The notes: generated from the letters alone by a model not told the origin. Shown: positions 8,746 through 19,057, counted from the first letter of the stretch. The stretch: DNA of 64,000 nucleotides from Thermoanaerobaculia bacterium (GCA_963664405.1 OY761158.1:6020556-6084555); one strand, 5' to 3'. Translations and numbers: made by a program.

Positions 8746-9780
8746 ATGAAGGTCCTATCTAGAATCGGTGCAGGTGCGTTCAGCCTCTTGACTCTGGCGA
8801 CCTCGGTGCCGGGTCCCGCCCGGGCGCAGAACGTCGGGCTTTGCGTGGCGAATGCATTTGCGGATCAAGTGGCTGACTTGATTGAGGAGCACGACGGTGC
8901 GACCCTGATCCGCTTTGGCAACCTGCCGGACTTGGTGGAAAAGGTCGGGGGTTGTGACGCCGTTATCGCCGTCCCAGGTGGAGGCACCGACCAGGTTCTC
9001 CGCGCCGGGTCCCGCTTACAGTGGCTACAAACCGCGAGCGCTGGGGTCGAGACCCTACTCCGCTCCGACGAGCTCGTTGCTTCGGACGTGACACTGACCA
9101 ACGCAAAGATCCTGCAGGGCCCGGAGATCGCCGATCACGCTTTCGGACTGCTGTTGACGCTCACCCGTGACATCCGTTTCTTCAACGCGCAGACCTCATG
9201 GAACCGCGCAAACTCTCTTCCAATCATCGAGCTGCGCGGCAAGACCGCTCTCATTATCGGCCTAGGGGGCATCGGTACTCAGATCGCGCAGCGTGCGGCG
9301 GCGTTCGAGATGCGCGTCATCGCTGTCGATCCCAAGGACATTCCGCTCAGTAGGGATGTAGCCTATGTCGGCAAACCGGACCAGCTCGACGAGCTCTTGC
9401 CGCAGGCCGACGTCGTCTTTAGCAGCGTCCCGCATACCCCCGCTTCTCGCGGCATGCTCGGCAAGGAGCAGTTTGCGCGGATGAAGGAAGGTGTCTATGT
9501 GGTCAACGTGTCGCGCGGCCCGATCATTGACACCGACGCTCTGGTTGCCGCGCTGCGCTCCGGCAAAGTGCGTGCAGCGGGTCTCGACGTCACCGACCCC
9601 GAGCCATTACCCGACGGTCATCCTCTGTGGTCGATGCACAACGTCGTCATCACGCCGCACATAGCGACTGTGTCTGACCATTCCATCGAGCGGCGAGTCG
9701 AACTGTTCCGCGACAATATCGGGCGTTTCCTCGATAACCGTCCCTTGCGCAACGTGGTCGACAAGAAGAAGGGGTACTGA
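8746..9780 (+). CDS. D-isomer-specific 2-hydroxyacid dehydrogenase family protein, NAD-binding, with an N-terminal signal-peptide-like segment
   Basis: GxGxxG motif (GLGGIGTQIA). The catalytic region includes RGPIIDTDAL and a conserved His in the C-terminal part. The N-terminus MKVLSRIGAGAFSLLTLATSVPGPARAQ looks like a cleavable signal peptide. Confidence 0.8.
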   Translation: MKVLSRIGAGAFSLLTLATSVPGPARAQNVGLCVANAFADQVADLIEEHDGATLIRFGNLPDLVEKVGGCDAVIAVPGGGTDQVLRAGSRLQWLQTASAGVETLLRSDELVASDVTLTNAKILQGPEIADHAFGLLLTLTRDIRFFNAQTSWNRANSLPIIELRGKTALIIGLGGIGTQIAQRAAAFEMRVIAVDPKDIPLSRDVAYVGKPDQLDELLPQADVVFSSVPHTPASRGMLGKEQFARMKEGVYVVNVSRGPIIDTDALVAALRSGKVRAAGLDVTDPEPLPDGHPLWSMHNVVITPHIATVSDHSIERRVELFRDNIGRFLDNRPLRNVVDKKKGY

Positions 9781-9826
9781 GTCTGAGAGTGGTGAATACC
9801 ACTCTCAGACTCAGTTTGTTGTTTGG
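9778..9826 (+). terminator. Rho-independent terminator: 15-bp perfect stem TGAGTCTGAGAGTGG / CCACTCTCAGACTCA, loop tgaata, then a T-rich tract gtttgttgttt
   Basis: Read directly. The stop codon of the upstream gene is the first three bases of the stem. Confidence 0.8.
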
Positions 9827-9990
9827 CGCCGCGGACGGCGCGTGTTGGCCATCCGGAGGACCGGATGGCCAACTGGCTTCGGAGCAGGCGATCTTCGGAA
9901 GACCTGCTGTTTGGCGCTGCGGTGGCGCGCGTTGCTGATCAGGCGGACCGGTGGGACCCCTGGCTTCGAAGGAGCGATCTCCTTCCTAGC
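9827..9990. repeat. REP-like repeat (type a), second copy. It carries the same GCGCCGCGGACGGCGC and GGCCATCCGGAGGACCGGATGGCC hairpins as 7876-7960
   Basis: Direct sequence comparison. Confidence 0.65.
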
Positions 9991-10918
9991 GGGCCTTGCT
10001 GGTTGAGGCCTGGGAGGCCGTTGCTCGAGAGGGCCCGGATCGGGCTTCGCGGTAGGTGATGTAGGTGGTGCTGGCGAAGATGATGGCGCCTCCGATCCAG
10101 GTCGGGAGCTCTGGGACCTCGCCAAAGATGAAGAACCCCAGCAGGCTGGCCCATACCAGTCGGGTGAAGTCGACCGGAAGCACCGCGCTGGCGTCGGCCT
10201 GAACGAAGGCCTCGGCCATGCACAGGTGGGCGAGGGTTCCTACGGCTCCCATCAGGACCAGCCAGGGGTAGTCACCTGGCGCGGGCCAGGTCCATACGAA
10301 TGCGGCAGGGATCAGGGAGAGAGGCGCCATGAAGATGCCCATCCACAGCCCGAGAGTGAGGCTGGAGTCTGTGCTCGAGATCGTCTTGATGACCAGGAGT
10401 GCGATTGCCCACCCGGCGGAGGAGAGGAGCACGAGGAATAGACCCGTGTCAATTTCGGCGCCCGGCTGCAGCACGATCATGGCACCGGCGAAGCCGAGAG
10501 CGAGCGCTGCGATGCGGCGCCTGTGGAGGGCTTCGCCAAGAAAGAGGACAGCTCCGATCGTGGCGAAGAGAGGCGCTGTGAAGCCCATCGCCGAGACTCT
10601 GGCAATGGGAGTCAGGGTGAGCGCGGTGAAGAAGAGCAGCATCGATCCCATCTGGAGCACAGAGCGTAGAGCGTGCAACGGCAGGCGGGTCGTGTGAAGA
10701 GGGGCGATTCCCCTGCGTACAAGCACTGGGGCAAGAACCAAGAGTCCGAAGAAGTTGCGGAAGAAGGCGATCTCGAAGGGATGGAGATCTGCAGAGAGAA
10801 TGCGGATCAGGGCGTGCATGGTGGAGAAGCCAACGGCGGCAATAGCGACGAGGAGCATTCCGCGCACTTGGTTCGGAGCGCGCACAGACCCCTGTGCCTG
10901 CGGAGGAAGCGTGCTCAT
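9986..10918 (-). CDS. DMT-superfamily (EamA-like) transporter
   Basis: Ten predicted TM segments and a duplicated EamA-like architecture. Confidence 0.8.
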   Translation of the reverse strand: MSTLPPQAQGSVRAPNQVRGMLLVAIAAVGFSTMHALIRILSADLHPFEIAFFRNFFGLLVLAPVLVRRGIAPLHTTRLPLHALRSVLQMGSMLLFFTALTLTPIARVSAMGFTAPLFATIGAVLFLGEALHRRRIAALALGFAGAMIVLQPGAEIDTGLFLVLLSSAGWAIALLVIKTISSTDSSLTLGLWMGIFMAPLSLIPAAFVWTWPAPGDYPWLVLMGAVGTLAHLCMAEAFVQADASAVLPVDFTRLVWASLLGFFIFGEVPELPTWIGGAIIFASTTYITYREARSGPSRATASQASTSKAR

Positions 10919-10940
10919 TTTCTGGAGGGACGACAGGATC

Positions 10941-11903
10941 TCAGACGAGAGCTTCGAGGAGGGCCTCGAGAGATCGGAGACGCTCGGTGCTTTGCGCGCC
11001 GGGAACGGAGCCGCGCACGATAAGGTGTGTCATGCCGAGCTCCTCGCGGTAGCGCGCGACCTCATCGGTGACCTGGGCCGGCGAGCCGACCAGGGCCCAA
11101 TCCTCGACGGCGAGCTCGGCCCTGCGTCGGAGAATCGTAGACGTTGATGCCCTGAGCTCCTGAAGCTGAGCCTCGAGGGCCTCTCTCACTCGGCGCAAGG
11201 AGTCCGAGCTGGGACTGATGAAAAGGGTGCGCATGATCGGGACCGGAAGGTCGACGGCGTTGCCGTGCTCGACCAGCATCTCGCGGTGCAACTGGTAGTT
11301 CGAGGAGAGTCGGTCGAAGGACTCCATCGGGGAGGCGAGGTAGGGGAGTCCCAGTCTCCCGGCCTGGGTCAGAGCTTTGGGTCCGAAGGCCGCAACCCAG
11401 AGAGGCGGATGAGGCTGCTGAACCGGTAGGGGGGAAAGGTGCTTGGGCTCGTCGCCGTTGGTTGGGAGGGCCGCCCCCGACCAAGCTTGCTTCATCACCC
11501 TCAGAGCCGCTTCGAAGCGATCCCGCTTCTCGGCCGGCGGGACCTCGAAAGCCTCGAAGAGAGCGCGACGAAAACCGCGACCGAGGCCCAGAATCACCCG
11601 TCCCCCGGAGATGCGGTCGAGAATGGCGACGTCCTCTGCCACTTGCAGGGCGTTGCGGATCGGTAGCAGGTAGGACGTGGTGCCCAGGCCCAGGGTCGAG
11701 GTACGAGCCGCCGCGGCGGCGAGGATGAGGAGGGGGTTGGGGCAGGAGCCCTTTGCAACGAAGTGGCTTTCCGGTAGCCAGAGCGACTCGTAGCCCATGC
11801 TCTCGGCCGTTGCCGCCTGATCGGGGATGAGGTCTGCGGCGCCGGCGAGATCGCCGACCCACGGTGTGAGACCGAGGTGAAGGGGAGGAGGGTTATCAGA
11901 CAT
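10941..11903 (-). CDS. LLM-class (luciferase-like) flavin/F420-dependent oxidoreductase
   Basis: TIM-barrel LLM signatures (GYESLWLPESHF, GGRVILGLGRG). Confidence 0.8.
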   Translation of the reverse strand: MSDNPPPLHLGLTPWVGDLAGAADLIPDQAATAESMGYESLWLPESHFVAKGSCPNPLLILAAAAARTSTLGLGTTSYLLPIRNALQVAEDVAILDRISGGRVILGLGRGFRRALFEAFEVPPAEKRDRFEAALRVMKQAWSGAALPTNGDEPKHLSPLPVQQPHPPLWVAAFGPKALTQAGRLGLPYLASPMESFDRLSSNYQLHREMLVEHGNAVDLPVPIMRTLFISPSSDSLRRVREALEAQLQELRASTSTILRRRAELAVEDWALVGSPAQVTDEVARYREELGMTHLIVRGSVPGAQSTERLRSLEALLEALV

Positions 11904-12162
11904 CGTTTTCGTGCCGGCCCTCCGACCTTACTCTACCCGGCCGCCTCGTCGAGAGCTTGCTGCCACCACCACTTTCACGGCAGACTCGTTAAATGATGTT
12001 GTTGCGGAGGGTAGCGCTGGCACGGTCTCGTATCGAGCGAGCCAGGGGGAAGGACATTTGAGCTTCGACGTCGACGCCCTCCGCGCCCTTCTGTTGGTAG
12101 CTGTCGTTGCCGCCACAGTGTTCTTCGCGCTCTACAGGCACAAAGCGCGCCACTTCGAGTCC

Positions 12163-14174
12163 TTAGGGTCGGCGCGGAAATAAGTTTCCAGTATCTGGGG
12201 TGACCATACCACTGCCCCCTTCTTCAGCCACCGCATAATCCTCCGGTACGCGCCTTGTTTGCAAGGTTTAGAGCTAGCATAGCCCTGCCCGCATTTGGTA
12301 TAGTTTTCCCTGTCACCTCTTTTGGAAGGGGAACTATACCAAATGGTACGAGCCGAAGATCGTGATGCAACAGTGCGCGAGCTCTTGATGAGCGAACAGA
12401 TGGCCACCATGGATGAGCTCAAGGACGCCATGGGAACCCGAGCCACCATGACGGTCTACCGTTCGCTGTCTCGATTGGGCTATTTGGCCAGCTACTCGGA
12501 TCGAGGGCGGTTCTATACCTTGAACGAGATTCCCGATTTCGACGATCTGGGTTTGTGGTCGTGCGGTTCGGCGAGGTTCAGTCGGCATGGCAGCCTCCTC
12601 GAAACTGCGGTGGCTGCCGTGGACCGGTCCGCTGCCGGCTATACGGCTTCTGAACTCGAGCTCCTGCTGCAGGTCGAGGTCAAGCACGCGATGTTGCACC
12701 TCGTTCGTCGCAAGAGAATCGTACGATCCAGAGTTGGGAAGAGGTTCGTATACTTGTGCTCGGAAACAGGGCGCCGTCGTCAGCAGAAGCTGATGCGCAA
12801 CGAACGGCAGGCTCTCCAGGATGTAGCTGCCAGCCTCGTTCCAGAAGTGCTCCCCGAGGAGCTCAGGGCTGCCATCGTTTTATTCTTCAGCCTGCTAGAC
12901 GAACGCCAGCGGCGGCTCTTCGCTGGCCTGGAAGCGACCAAGCTCGGGCATGGCGGCGACCGGAAGATCGCCGATCTTCTGGACCTGGACCCTCATACAG
13001 TCGCAAAAGGACGTCGCGAGCTCTTCGGCGGCTCCGTGGAGCGCGGAAGAGTTCGAAGAGCAGGCGGTGGCAACCAACGAGTGGAAAAAAAACGCCCGAG
13101 ATAGTCGATGGAATCCATTCCATACTCGAGGCCGATATAGCTGGTGATCCCATGTCATCAAAAAGATGGACGCACGAGACCGCTGCAAAGGTGGCCCAAT
13201 GCCTTGCCGAACGCCTTGACATCATCGTATCGGCTACGGTGGTGCGTCGATTGCTCGCAGACCTGAACTATTCCCTCAAGAGCAATAGGAAATGTCTGTC
13301 TTCGGGGAACTCCCCAGATCGTGATGCACAGTTCAAGGCCATCAAGCGACTGCGCGAGGATTTCACAAGCGCTGGCGACCCGATCATCAGCGTCGATACG
13401 AAGAAGAAGGAGCTGATCGGTCGGTTCAAGAACCAGGGACAGACATGGTGCCGCGAGGCCAAGCGGGTCAAGGATCACGACTTCCGGTCCGAAGCTCTCG
13501 CCATCGCCTCCCCCTATGGGATCTACGATCTTCAGAGGAACTTCGGCGTTCTCGTCCTCGGACAGTCGTCGGACACGCCGGAGTTCGCTGTCAACAGCAT
13601 CGCGACCTGGTGGCTCAAATACGGTCGATCTCACTATCCGGCGTCTCAGCGTCTCCTCATTCTTGCCGACAGCGGCGCAAGCAACGGCGCACGGCTTCGA
13701 GCCTGGAAGAAGTACCTCCAGGAGAAGCTCGTAGACAAGTGCGGCCTCATCATCACCGTCGCCCACTATCCAACTGGCACCAGTAAATGGAATCCCATCG
13801 AGCACAGGATGTTCAGCGAGATCAGCAAGAACTGGGCCGGAGTTCCTCTCGAGAGTTTCGAGATCCTCGTCAACCTCGTCCGCAACACGACGACATCCAC
13901 CGGACTGCGCGTCGAGCCGTGCCGTGATCAACGCCAATACCAGAAAGGAGTCAGGGTATCGGACAAGGAAATGCTGCAGCTCGCGGTGGCCAGGAGCGAC
14001 TTCCTAGGAAAGTGGAACTACACCCTCTCGCCGAGACCGCGAACCGAGCAGGAAGAGCTTGCCCCACAGCCTGGGCTCAGCTCACCACCACCTCCAATGC
14101 AGCGACCGCCCTGTGGCGCCTCGGCCTCACACGCTCCGGCGATAATGTGAAGTTATTTCCGCGCCGACCCTTAG
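12163..14174 (+). mobile_element. ISAzo13-like insertion sequence with about 21-bp terminal inverted repeats (C)TTAGGGTCGGCGCGGAAATAA
   Basis: Left 12163-12184 versus the reverse complement of right 14151-14174 gives 19/19 identity plus CTTA/CTAA. The transposase gene lies inside. It appears to have inserted into a small ORF (11911-12183) whose last codons run into the left inverted repeat. Confidence 0.7.
12344..14150 (+). pseudogene. ISAzo13-family transposase, frameshifted in an A8 homopolymer at 13085-13092. The N-terminal part is in the frame of ORF 12322-13104 and the C-terminal part in the frame of ORF 12756-14150
   Basis: N-terminal motifs: LDERQRRLFAGLEATKLGHGGDRKIADLLDLDPHTVAKGRREL...GGG. 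C-terminal motifs: KKTPEIVDGI...AGDPMSSKRWT, SVDTKKKELIGRFKNQGQTW, HYPTGTSKWNPIEHRMFSEIS. One extra A (A9) would restore RVEKKTPEI. So this is either a real -1 mutation, a sequencing error or transcriptional slippage. Confidence 0.75.
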
Positions 14175-14220
14175 TCGCTCGTTTCGAGGGTGGGGTCTCG
14201 GAAGCCGCCGCTCGACGGGG

Positions 14221-14644
14221 CATGGAGCTTTTCGACGAATGGAAGGAAACGGAGATGGCCAGGCTCCAGAGCGAGCTCGGCAGCCTGGAGAGGCAGCGGG
14301 CAGGGAATGAGCTCGAGGCCCACAAACGGGAGTTCGAGAGCGAGATCCGGCGAGACGCAGTAGCTCGCAGCGATGCCGGCACCCGCGGAAGGATGTCGGA
14401 GAGCCTGGCGCCCTACCTACCAGGGTTCGAGTTCGAAGTCAGAGACGCCAGGTTCCTCGGCTCGCCGATCGACTTCGTGGTCTTTGACGGCCTTCATCGA
14501 GATCGGTGTGATCGCGTGGTCCTGGTCGAGGTGAAGAGTGGGCGCTCCACTCTCAGCACCCGAGAACGACGGGTTCGTGATGCGGTTCTGGAGGGGAGGG
14601 TCGAGTGGAGGGAGCTTCACGTCGAGTTGGAGGAGCCGGAGTGA
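14221..14644 (+). CDS. Putative PD-(D/E)xK nuclease related to archaeal Holliday-junction-resolvase-like endonucleases (N-terminal coiled coil plus C-terminal nuclease core)
   Basis: C-terminus IDFVVFDG...VVLVEVKSGRSTLSTRERRVRDAV fits a D...E-V-K catalytic pattern. The start is uncertain: MELFDEWKE at 14221, or an upstream GTG beyond the IS end. Confidence 0.45.
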
Positions 14645-15150
14645 CGGCGAGAAGATGGAGCGCCTCGGTCGCACTTCTGGCCCTGATCTGTCTGGGCTGC
14701 GCGACGCCGATTGCGATTGAGACGGTGTCGTCCGCGGGGCCGAGACTGGCGCGGGCGAGAGGGGTTTTTGTGGATGGCGCCGTGCTATCTTACAAGGGCG
14801 AGTCCTCGACAACCGAGGCAGAACTTTGGAGCGCGCTCGAGCGCGAGCTAGGCCGCAAAAAGAAGCCGGTCAGATTGATGCCTGAGCGCGAGCAGTCCGA
14901 TCTCGGCCTCTATTTCGAGCAGGCCGACTACCTCGCCTGCTTCAGCTGTCCTCAGTCAGACCAACGCTGGTACTGGTGGGGCCTGATTCTCGACGGCCGA
15001 GGACGCGAGCTTGCGTCTCTTCACGGCGAGGTGGGCAAGGAGGGGCGAGCGCCGTATCTGAGCTTTGTCAAAGAGGTGCGGCGGTTGGTTCGGCGCAGCC
15101 GACGGAGTTTCCCCGAGGCCGGTCACAGCAATCGCGAAGAGAGGCCCTAA
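14641..15150 (+). CDS. Hypothetical lipoprotein (GTG start; lipobox LICLGC)
   Basis: VTARRWSASVALLALICLGCA has a hydrophobic h-region followed by L-x-x-C. The start overlaps the previous stop (GTGA). Confidence 0.45.
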   Translation: MTARRWSASVALLALICLGCATPIAIETVSSAGPRLARARGVFVDGAVLSYKGESSTTEAELWSALERELGRKKKPVRLMPEREQSDLGLYFEQADYLACFSCPQSDQRWYWWGLILDGRGRELASLHGEVGKEGRAPYLSFVKEVRRLVRRSRRSFPEAGHSNREERP

Positions 15151-15166
15151 TGAGTTAGGCTAGCCT

Positions 15167-15646
15167 TTGGATATGACGATCACCAAACATCGAAGGCGGT
15201 TTGTCGCTTTAGCCGTCGCCGCCCTCTCCACCAGTTTTCTGGTTTCTTATGCGCTTGCTGCCGTGGCCGGGGAGATGAGGTTCGAGGACGTTCGTCGTCA
15301 GACGGCCGAGTTCATCGGTTTTCACAAGAGCATCAGGCTCTCAGCGGCCCAACAGGCGATCTATCAAGAGGCGCTGGAAGCTCTCCCGGCTCCGTGCTGC
15401 AGCGACAACTCCGCCTATACCTGCTGTTGCCCCTGCAATGCAGCTCGTGCTTGGTGGGGTCTTTCCAAGCACTTGATCGCCGACCTTGACTACGATGTCG
15501 AACAGGTAAAGGAGAAGGTCAACGAATGGTTCGTCTTCACCAACCCCAAAGGCTACAGCGGTGACATCTGCTACACCGGGGGCTGCGGCCGCTCTTTTGC
15601 GAACAACGGCTGTGGCGGTATGAGCGAATCCAGCCTGGTGTTCTGA
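15167..15646 (+). CDS. Small cysteine-rich exported protein with a Tat-like signal (HRRRFVALAVAA)
   Basis: Twin-arginine-like motif followed by a hydrophobic stretch. Nine Cys in two clusters (PAPCCSDNSAYTCCCPCN and GDICYTGGCGRSFANNGCGG). No family recognised. Confidence 0.5.
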   Translation: MDMTITKHRRRFVALAVAALSTSFLVSYALAAVAGEMRFEDVRRQTAEFIGFHKSIRLSAAQQAIYQEALEALPAPCCSDNSAYTCCCPCNAARAWWGLSKHLIADLDYDVEQVKEKVNEWFVFTNPKGYSGDICYTGGCGRSFANNGCGGMSESSLVF

Positions 15647-15714
15647 ATGCCGCTGATCGGTGGGTTCGAGAGTCTCGCTGCTGTCCAAGGTCCAGTGATC
15701 GTGGTGGGGGGGCC

Positions 15715-16623
15715 TTGATGTTCCGGGTGCTGGTAGCCGACGACTCGAGCGCCGATAAAGAGATGATCGGCGGCCTCCTAGCCGAGGGGGGCGAGATCGA
15801 AGTCAGTTATGTGGGAGACGGAAAGGAAGCGCTGCATCATCTCGAGCAGGCGACCGTCGATCTGGTCATCACCGATCTGGTGATGCCCGATCTCAGCGGT
15901 CTCGAGCTCGTGTCCGAGGTCCGCGAGCGCTTTCCATTGGTGCCGGTGATCATCTGCACAGCCAAAGGTAGCGAGGAGTCGGCGGTTGAGGCTCTCCAAC
16001 ATGGCGCCGCGAGCTACGTTCCGAAGCGGGCCCTCGCTAGCGATCTACTCGACACCGTCGACACAGTACTGTCGTCGGCAGCCCAGCAGCAGTGCAGGAG
16101 CGAGGCGATGGAAGCGATGGCGAGCTGCACGACCTCTTGGCAGCTCAAGAACGATCGCAGACTGTTTACGCCACTGATCAGCTATCTTCAGGAGAGCCTG
16201 GGTAACCTCGGCCTGCTGGACAACGCGGACCGTACACGGGTCGGTGTGGCGCTAGAGGAGGCCCTGGTCAATGCTGCCGAGCATGGCAACCTCGACCTCG
16301 ACTCGAAGTTGCGGGCCACCGATCGTCGGGCTTATCTCGAGCTGGCCGAAGAACGAAGGTCTCTCGAGCCGTTCAAAGATCGTAGGGTCCACCTGCAGGC
16401 CTTGCTTTCACGCGATGAAGCCGTCTTCGTTGTCCGCGACGAAGGCAGCGGCTTCGACCCGTCGTCATTGCCTGATCCGACGGACCCGGAGAATCTGCTC
16501 AGAGTGAGTGGGCGAGGGGTGCTGATCATGCGGACGTTCATGGACGAGCTCCGCTACAACGATAGTGGTAACGAGGTCACCATGGTCAAGCGTGCTCCCG
16601 CACGCGAAGGAGGTTCCACATGA
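15715..16623 (+). CDS. Response-regulator receiver domain fused to a GHKL/HATPase_c-like domain (RsbW-type anti-sigma-factor kinase-like)
   Basis: Receiver motifs ([21 protein letters not shown], phospho-acceptor Asp context). The C-terminus has an N-box-like [12 protein letters not shown] and a G-box-like DEGSGFD. Confidence 0.65.
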   Translation: MMFRVLVADDSSADKEMIGGLLAEGGEIEVSYVGDGKEALHHLEQATVDLVITDLVMPDLSGLELVSEVRERFPLVPVIICTAKGSEESAVEALQHGAASYVPKRALASDLLDTVDTVLSSAAQQQCRSEAMEAMASCTTSWQLKNDRRLFTPLISYLQESLGNLGLLDNADRTRVGVALEEALVNAAEHGNLDLDSKLRATDRRAYLELAEERRSLEPFKDRRVHLQALLSRDEAVFVVRDEGSGFDPSSLPDPTDPENLLRVSGRGVLIMRTFMDELRYNDSGNEVTMVKRAPAREGGST

Positions 16624-17267
16624 GTTTTCTCAGTGCCAAGCAGCATGTGATCAGTCCCGAAGCGGCCCTCCCGGGTCGCGAACAGACGATGCCGGTGGCC
16701 TCTCGCCACTATGTGCTTGACGCTCGCCTTGCCCCGCCATACCCCGACACGACCGAGCTCGCTGTCTTCGGGCTTGGCTGTTTTTGGGGGGCGGAAAGGA
16801 AGTTCTGGGAGGCTTCCGGTGTTTACAGCACTTCTGTTGGTTATGCGGGAGGCTTCACTCCGAATCCGACCTATGAAGAGGTGTGCTCCGGGCGCACTGG
16901 CCATACCGAGGCGGTGCAGGTGGTGTTCTGGCCGGAGAGGACCTCTTATCAGGAGCTGTTGCGAGTATTCTGGGAGACCCACGATCCGACCCAGGGTATG
17001 CGCCAGGGTAATGACATGGGAACCCAGTACCGCTCGGCGATCTATACCTTTGGAGAGGGCCAGCTCGAGGCTGCTCGCGTATCCGAGGCGATCTTCGAGG
17101 AGAGTCTGCGCGCAGCGGGGTACGGTGAGATCACCACTGAGATTCGATCGGCGACGGAGTACTTTTTCGCCGAGGATTATCATCAACAGTATTTGGCGAA
17201 GAACCCGATGGGGTATTGCGGGCTCGGCGGTACCGGAGTCAGTTGCCCGGTCAGTGTCGAGGTCTGA
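16620..17267 (+). CDS. msrA: Peptide methionine sulfoxide reductase MsrA
   Basis: GCFWG active site and full-length colinearity with E. coli MsrA ([27 protein letters not shown]...). Confidence 0.95.
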   Translation: MSFLSAKQHVISPEAALPGREQTMPVASRHYVLDARLAPPYPDTTELAVFGLGCFWGAERKFWEASGVYSTSVGYAGGFTPNPTYEEVCSGRTGHTEAVQVVFWPERTSYQELLRVFWETHDPTQGMRQGNDMGTQYRSAIYTFGEGQLEAARVSEAIFEESLRAAGYGEITTEIRSATEYFFAEDYHQQYLAKNPMGYCGLGGTGVSCPVSVEV

Positions 17268-17321
17268 TTCCCCGCTGAGGCCGAGCAGTCGAGTTGCCGG
17301 GCGGGTAAGGATCATCGCAGG

Positions 17322-18095
17322 ATGCGTATCGCTAGCTGGAACGTCAACGGGCTCCGCTCGCGCATCGACTTCGTCTTGCATTGGCTCCGGGCTAGGCAGC
17401 CTGACGTCGTGGGTATCCAAGAGCTCAAGCTCGAAGATGAGCACTTCCCTCATGCTGAGCTCGCGGCTGTCGGCTATCAGGCCCTGACCCATGGGCAGAA
17501 AAGCTGGAACGGCGTTGCCATTCTCAGCCGTCATCCGATCGAAGTCGTACAGCGAGGTCTTCCAGGCCAGGAGGAGATGGGCGCCCGCCTGATCACGGCG
17601 CGCACCGGCGACATCCTGTTTACGACCGTGTACTGCCCCAACGGTAAGAGCCTCAGCCATGAAGACTACGCGCGTAAGCTGCTCTGGTACGAAGATCTGC
17701 GCAGCCATCTCGAGCAGAATCAAGATCCGGCCGGTTCCGCCGTTCTATGTGGAGATTTCAACATCTGTCCAGAGCCTCTGGACAGCTGGAACGAAGACGC
17801 GCTGGTAGGGCATATCTTCCACACCGAGGCCGAGCGAGAGCGATTCCAAGCTGTTCTCGACTGGGGGCTGACTGATCTCTTCCGACGCCTCGAGCCCGAG
17901 CTACAGGCCTTTTCGTGGTGGGACTATCGTGCGGGTGCTTTTCACAAGAACATGGGGCTGCGTATCGATTTCCTGCTTGCAACCGCAGCGCTCGCCGAGC
18001 GGGTCCAGGCGGTCGAGATCGATCGCGAATATCGCAAAAAGAAAGACGGTCTCACCGCTTCGGATCACGCTCCCGTGATAGCGGACTTGGGCTAA
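17322..18095 (+). CDS. xth: Exodeoxyribonuclease III (AP endonuclease)
   Basis: MRIASWNVNGLR start and EEP-family motifs (QELK, CGDFNI, SDHAPV). Confidence 0.95.
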   Translation: MRIASWNVNGLRSRIDFVLHWLRARQPDVVGIQELKLEDEHFPHAELAAVGYQALTHGQKSWNGVAILSRHPIEVVQRGLPGQEEMGARLITARTGDILFTTVYCPNGKSLSHEDYARKLLWYEDLRSHLEQNQDPAGSAVLCGDFNICPEPLDSWNEDALVGHIFHTEAERERFQAVLDWGLTDLFRRLEPELQAFSWWDYRAGAFHKNMGLRIDFLLATAALAERVQAVEIDREYRKKKDGLTASDHAPVIADLG

Positions 18096-18296
18096 ACAAC
18101 GTGGCACCGAGGACGACGCACCCGGACCGAGTGTCCTGTACCAGTAGTTCGTCACATAACTCGCTGGCCCTTTTGCGTCCTGCCGTCGTTGCACCTCCTC
18201 GAAATATTCCCAATATGACTTCGTCGGCGCGCCTTGGCAGCCCACAAAATGACTGCGCGATTTATGCAACGAACCACTGATACAGGACACTAGGAA

Positions 18297-19025
18297 ATGA
18301 TCGCCGAGCCTGAGGCCTCCGACCTATTGAGCGTGGCTCGCACTCTGCGGTCGCATCGCGTCTATCTCTTCTACAAGCACGCCGCCCACTTCTGCAACCC
18401 GCTGGTGCCGGTGGAGTGGAAGGCGCTGCAGGACGATCCTGTGCTGGTCGACGAGCAGGTCCGGAGGGTGGTGCTCGAGCTTCTTCCCGAGCAGCTCCCG
18501 AGCCTGGAGGCAGGCATCTACTCTCCGGTTCCTATCGCCAGAGGGCTGGCGGAGGGGCGCTCACTCGGGTCGCTCTTGGCAGACTTTCGTTACGAGATGA
18601 TTCAGGTCGACGAGGATCAGCGCTGGACCTGGCAGGGTCGACCGGTTGCGACCAAGGTTCGAGCCTTTCTTCTCGAGAACCTCGCCTACGAGCCGGCGCT
18701 CGAGCTCTACTACTTCGAGTACAAGGTCAATGCGGACTGGTGGGACAAGAGCTATCTCGAGACTGCGACGACACCACTGACTGCAAGGACCCTGGGGCTG
18801 GTCGAGAGCGGAGCTCGGGTCGATCTCGACAACCTCCGCTCGGACCTGTTGGTGCTGGAAACCTTTCGCCTCGACGACAGAGAACGTCTCTACTGTGAGA
18901 CGGCAGAGCACGGGGAGGTGATGCTCAGCGATTCTGTGCGCTTCTCGCTGCTGAGCACGGTCAACGAGGCTTGTGATGCTTTGCAGGTGGGTGAAGCGTG
19001 GTACCCACTACGCTGGCCTGAATGA
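18297..19025 (+). CDS. Hypothetical protein
   Basis: 242-aa ORF with good coding appearance. No domain confidently recognised. Confidence 0.4.
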   Translation: MIAEPEASDLLSVARTLRSHRVYLFYKHAAHFCNPLVPVEWKALQDDPVLVDEQVRRVVLELLPEQLPSLEAGIYSPVPIARGLAEGRSLGSLLADFRYEMIQVDEDQRWTWQGRPVATKVRAFLLENLAYEPALELYYFEYKVNADWWDKSYLETATTPLTARTLGLVESGARVDLDNLRSDLLVLETFRLDDRERLYCETAEHGEVMLSDSVRFSLLSTVNEACDALQVGEAWYPLRWPE

Positions 19026-19057
19026 CGACGAAGGAGTCGTCGTGGAGCGAGGAGGTC

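Noticed and set aside
16554-17723. 389-aa minus-strand ORF
   Set aside because: It lies antisense to the well-conserved msrA and xth genes. It is a high-GC open-frame artefact with no recognisable domain.
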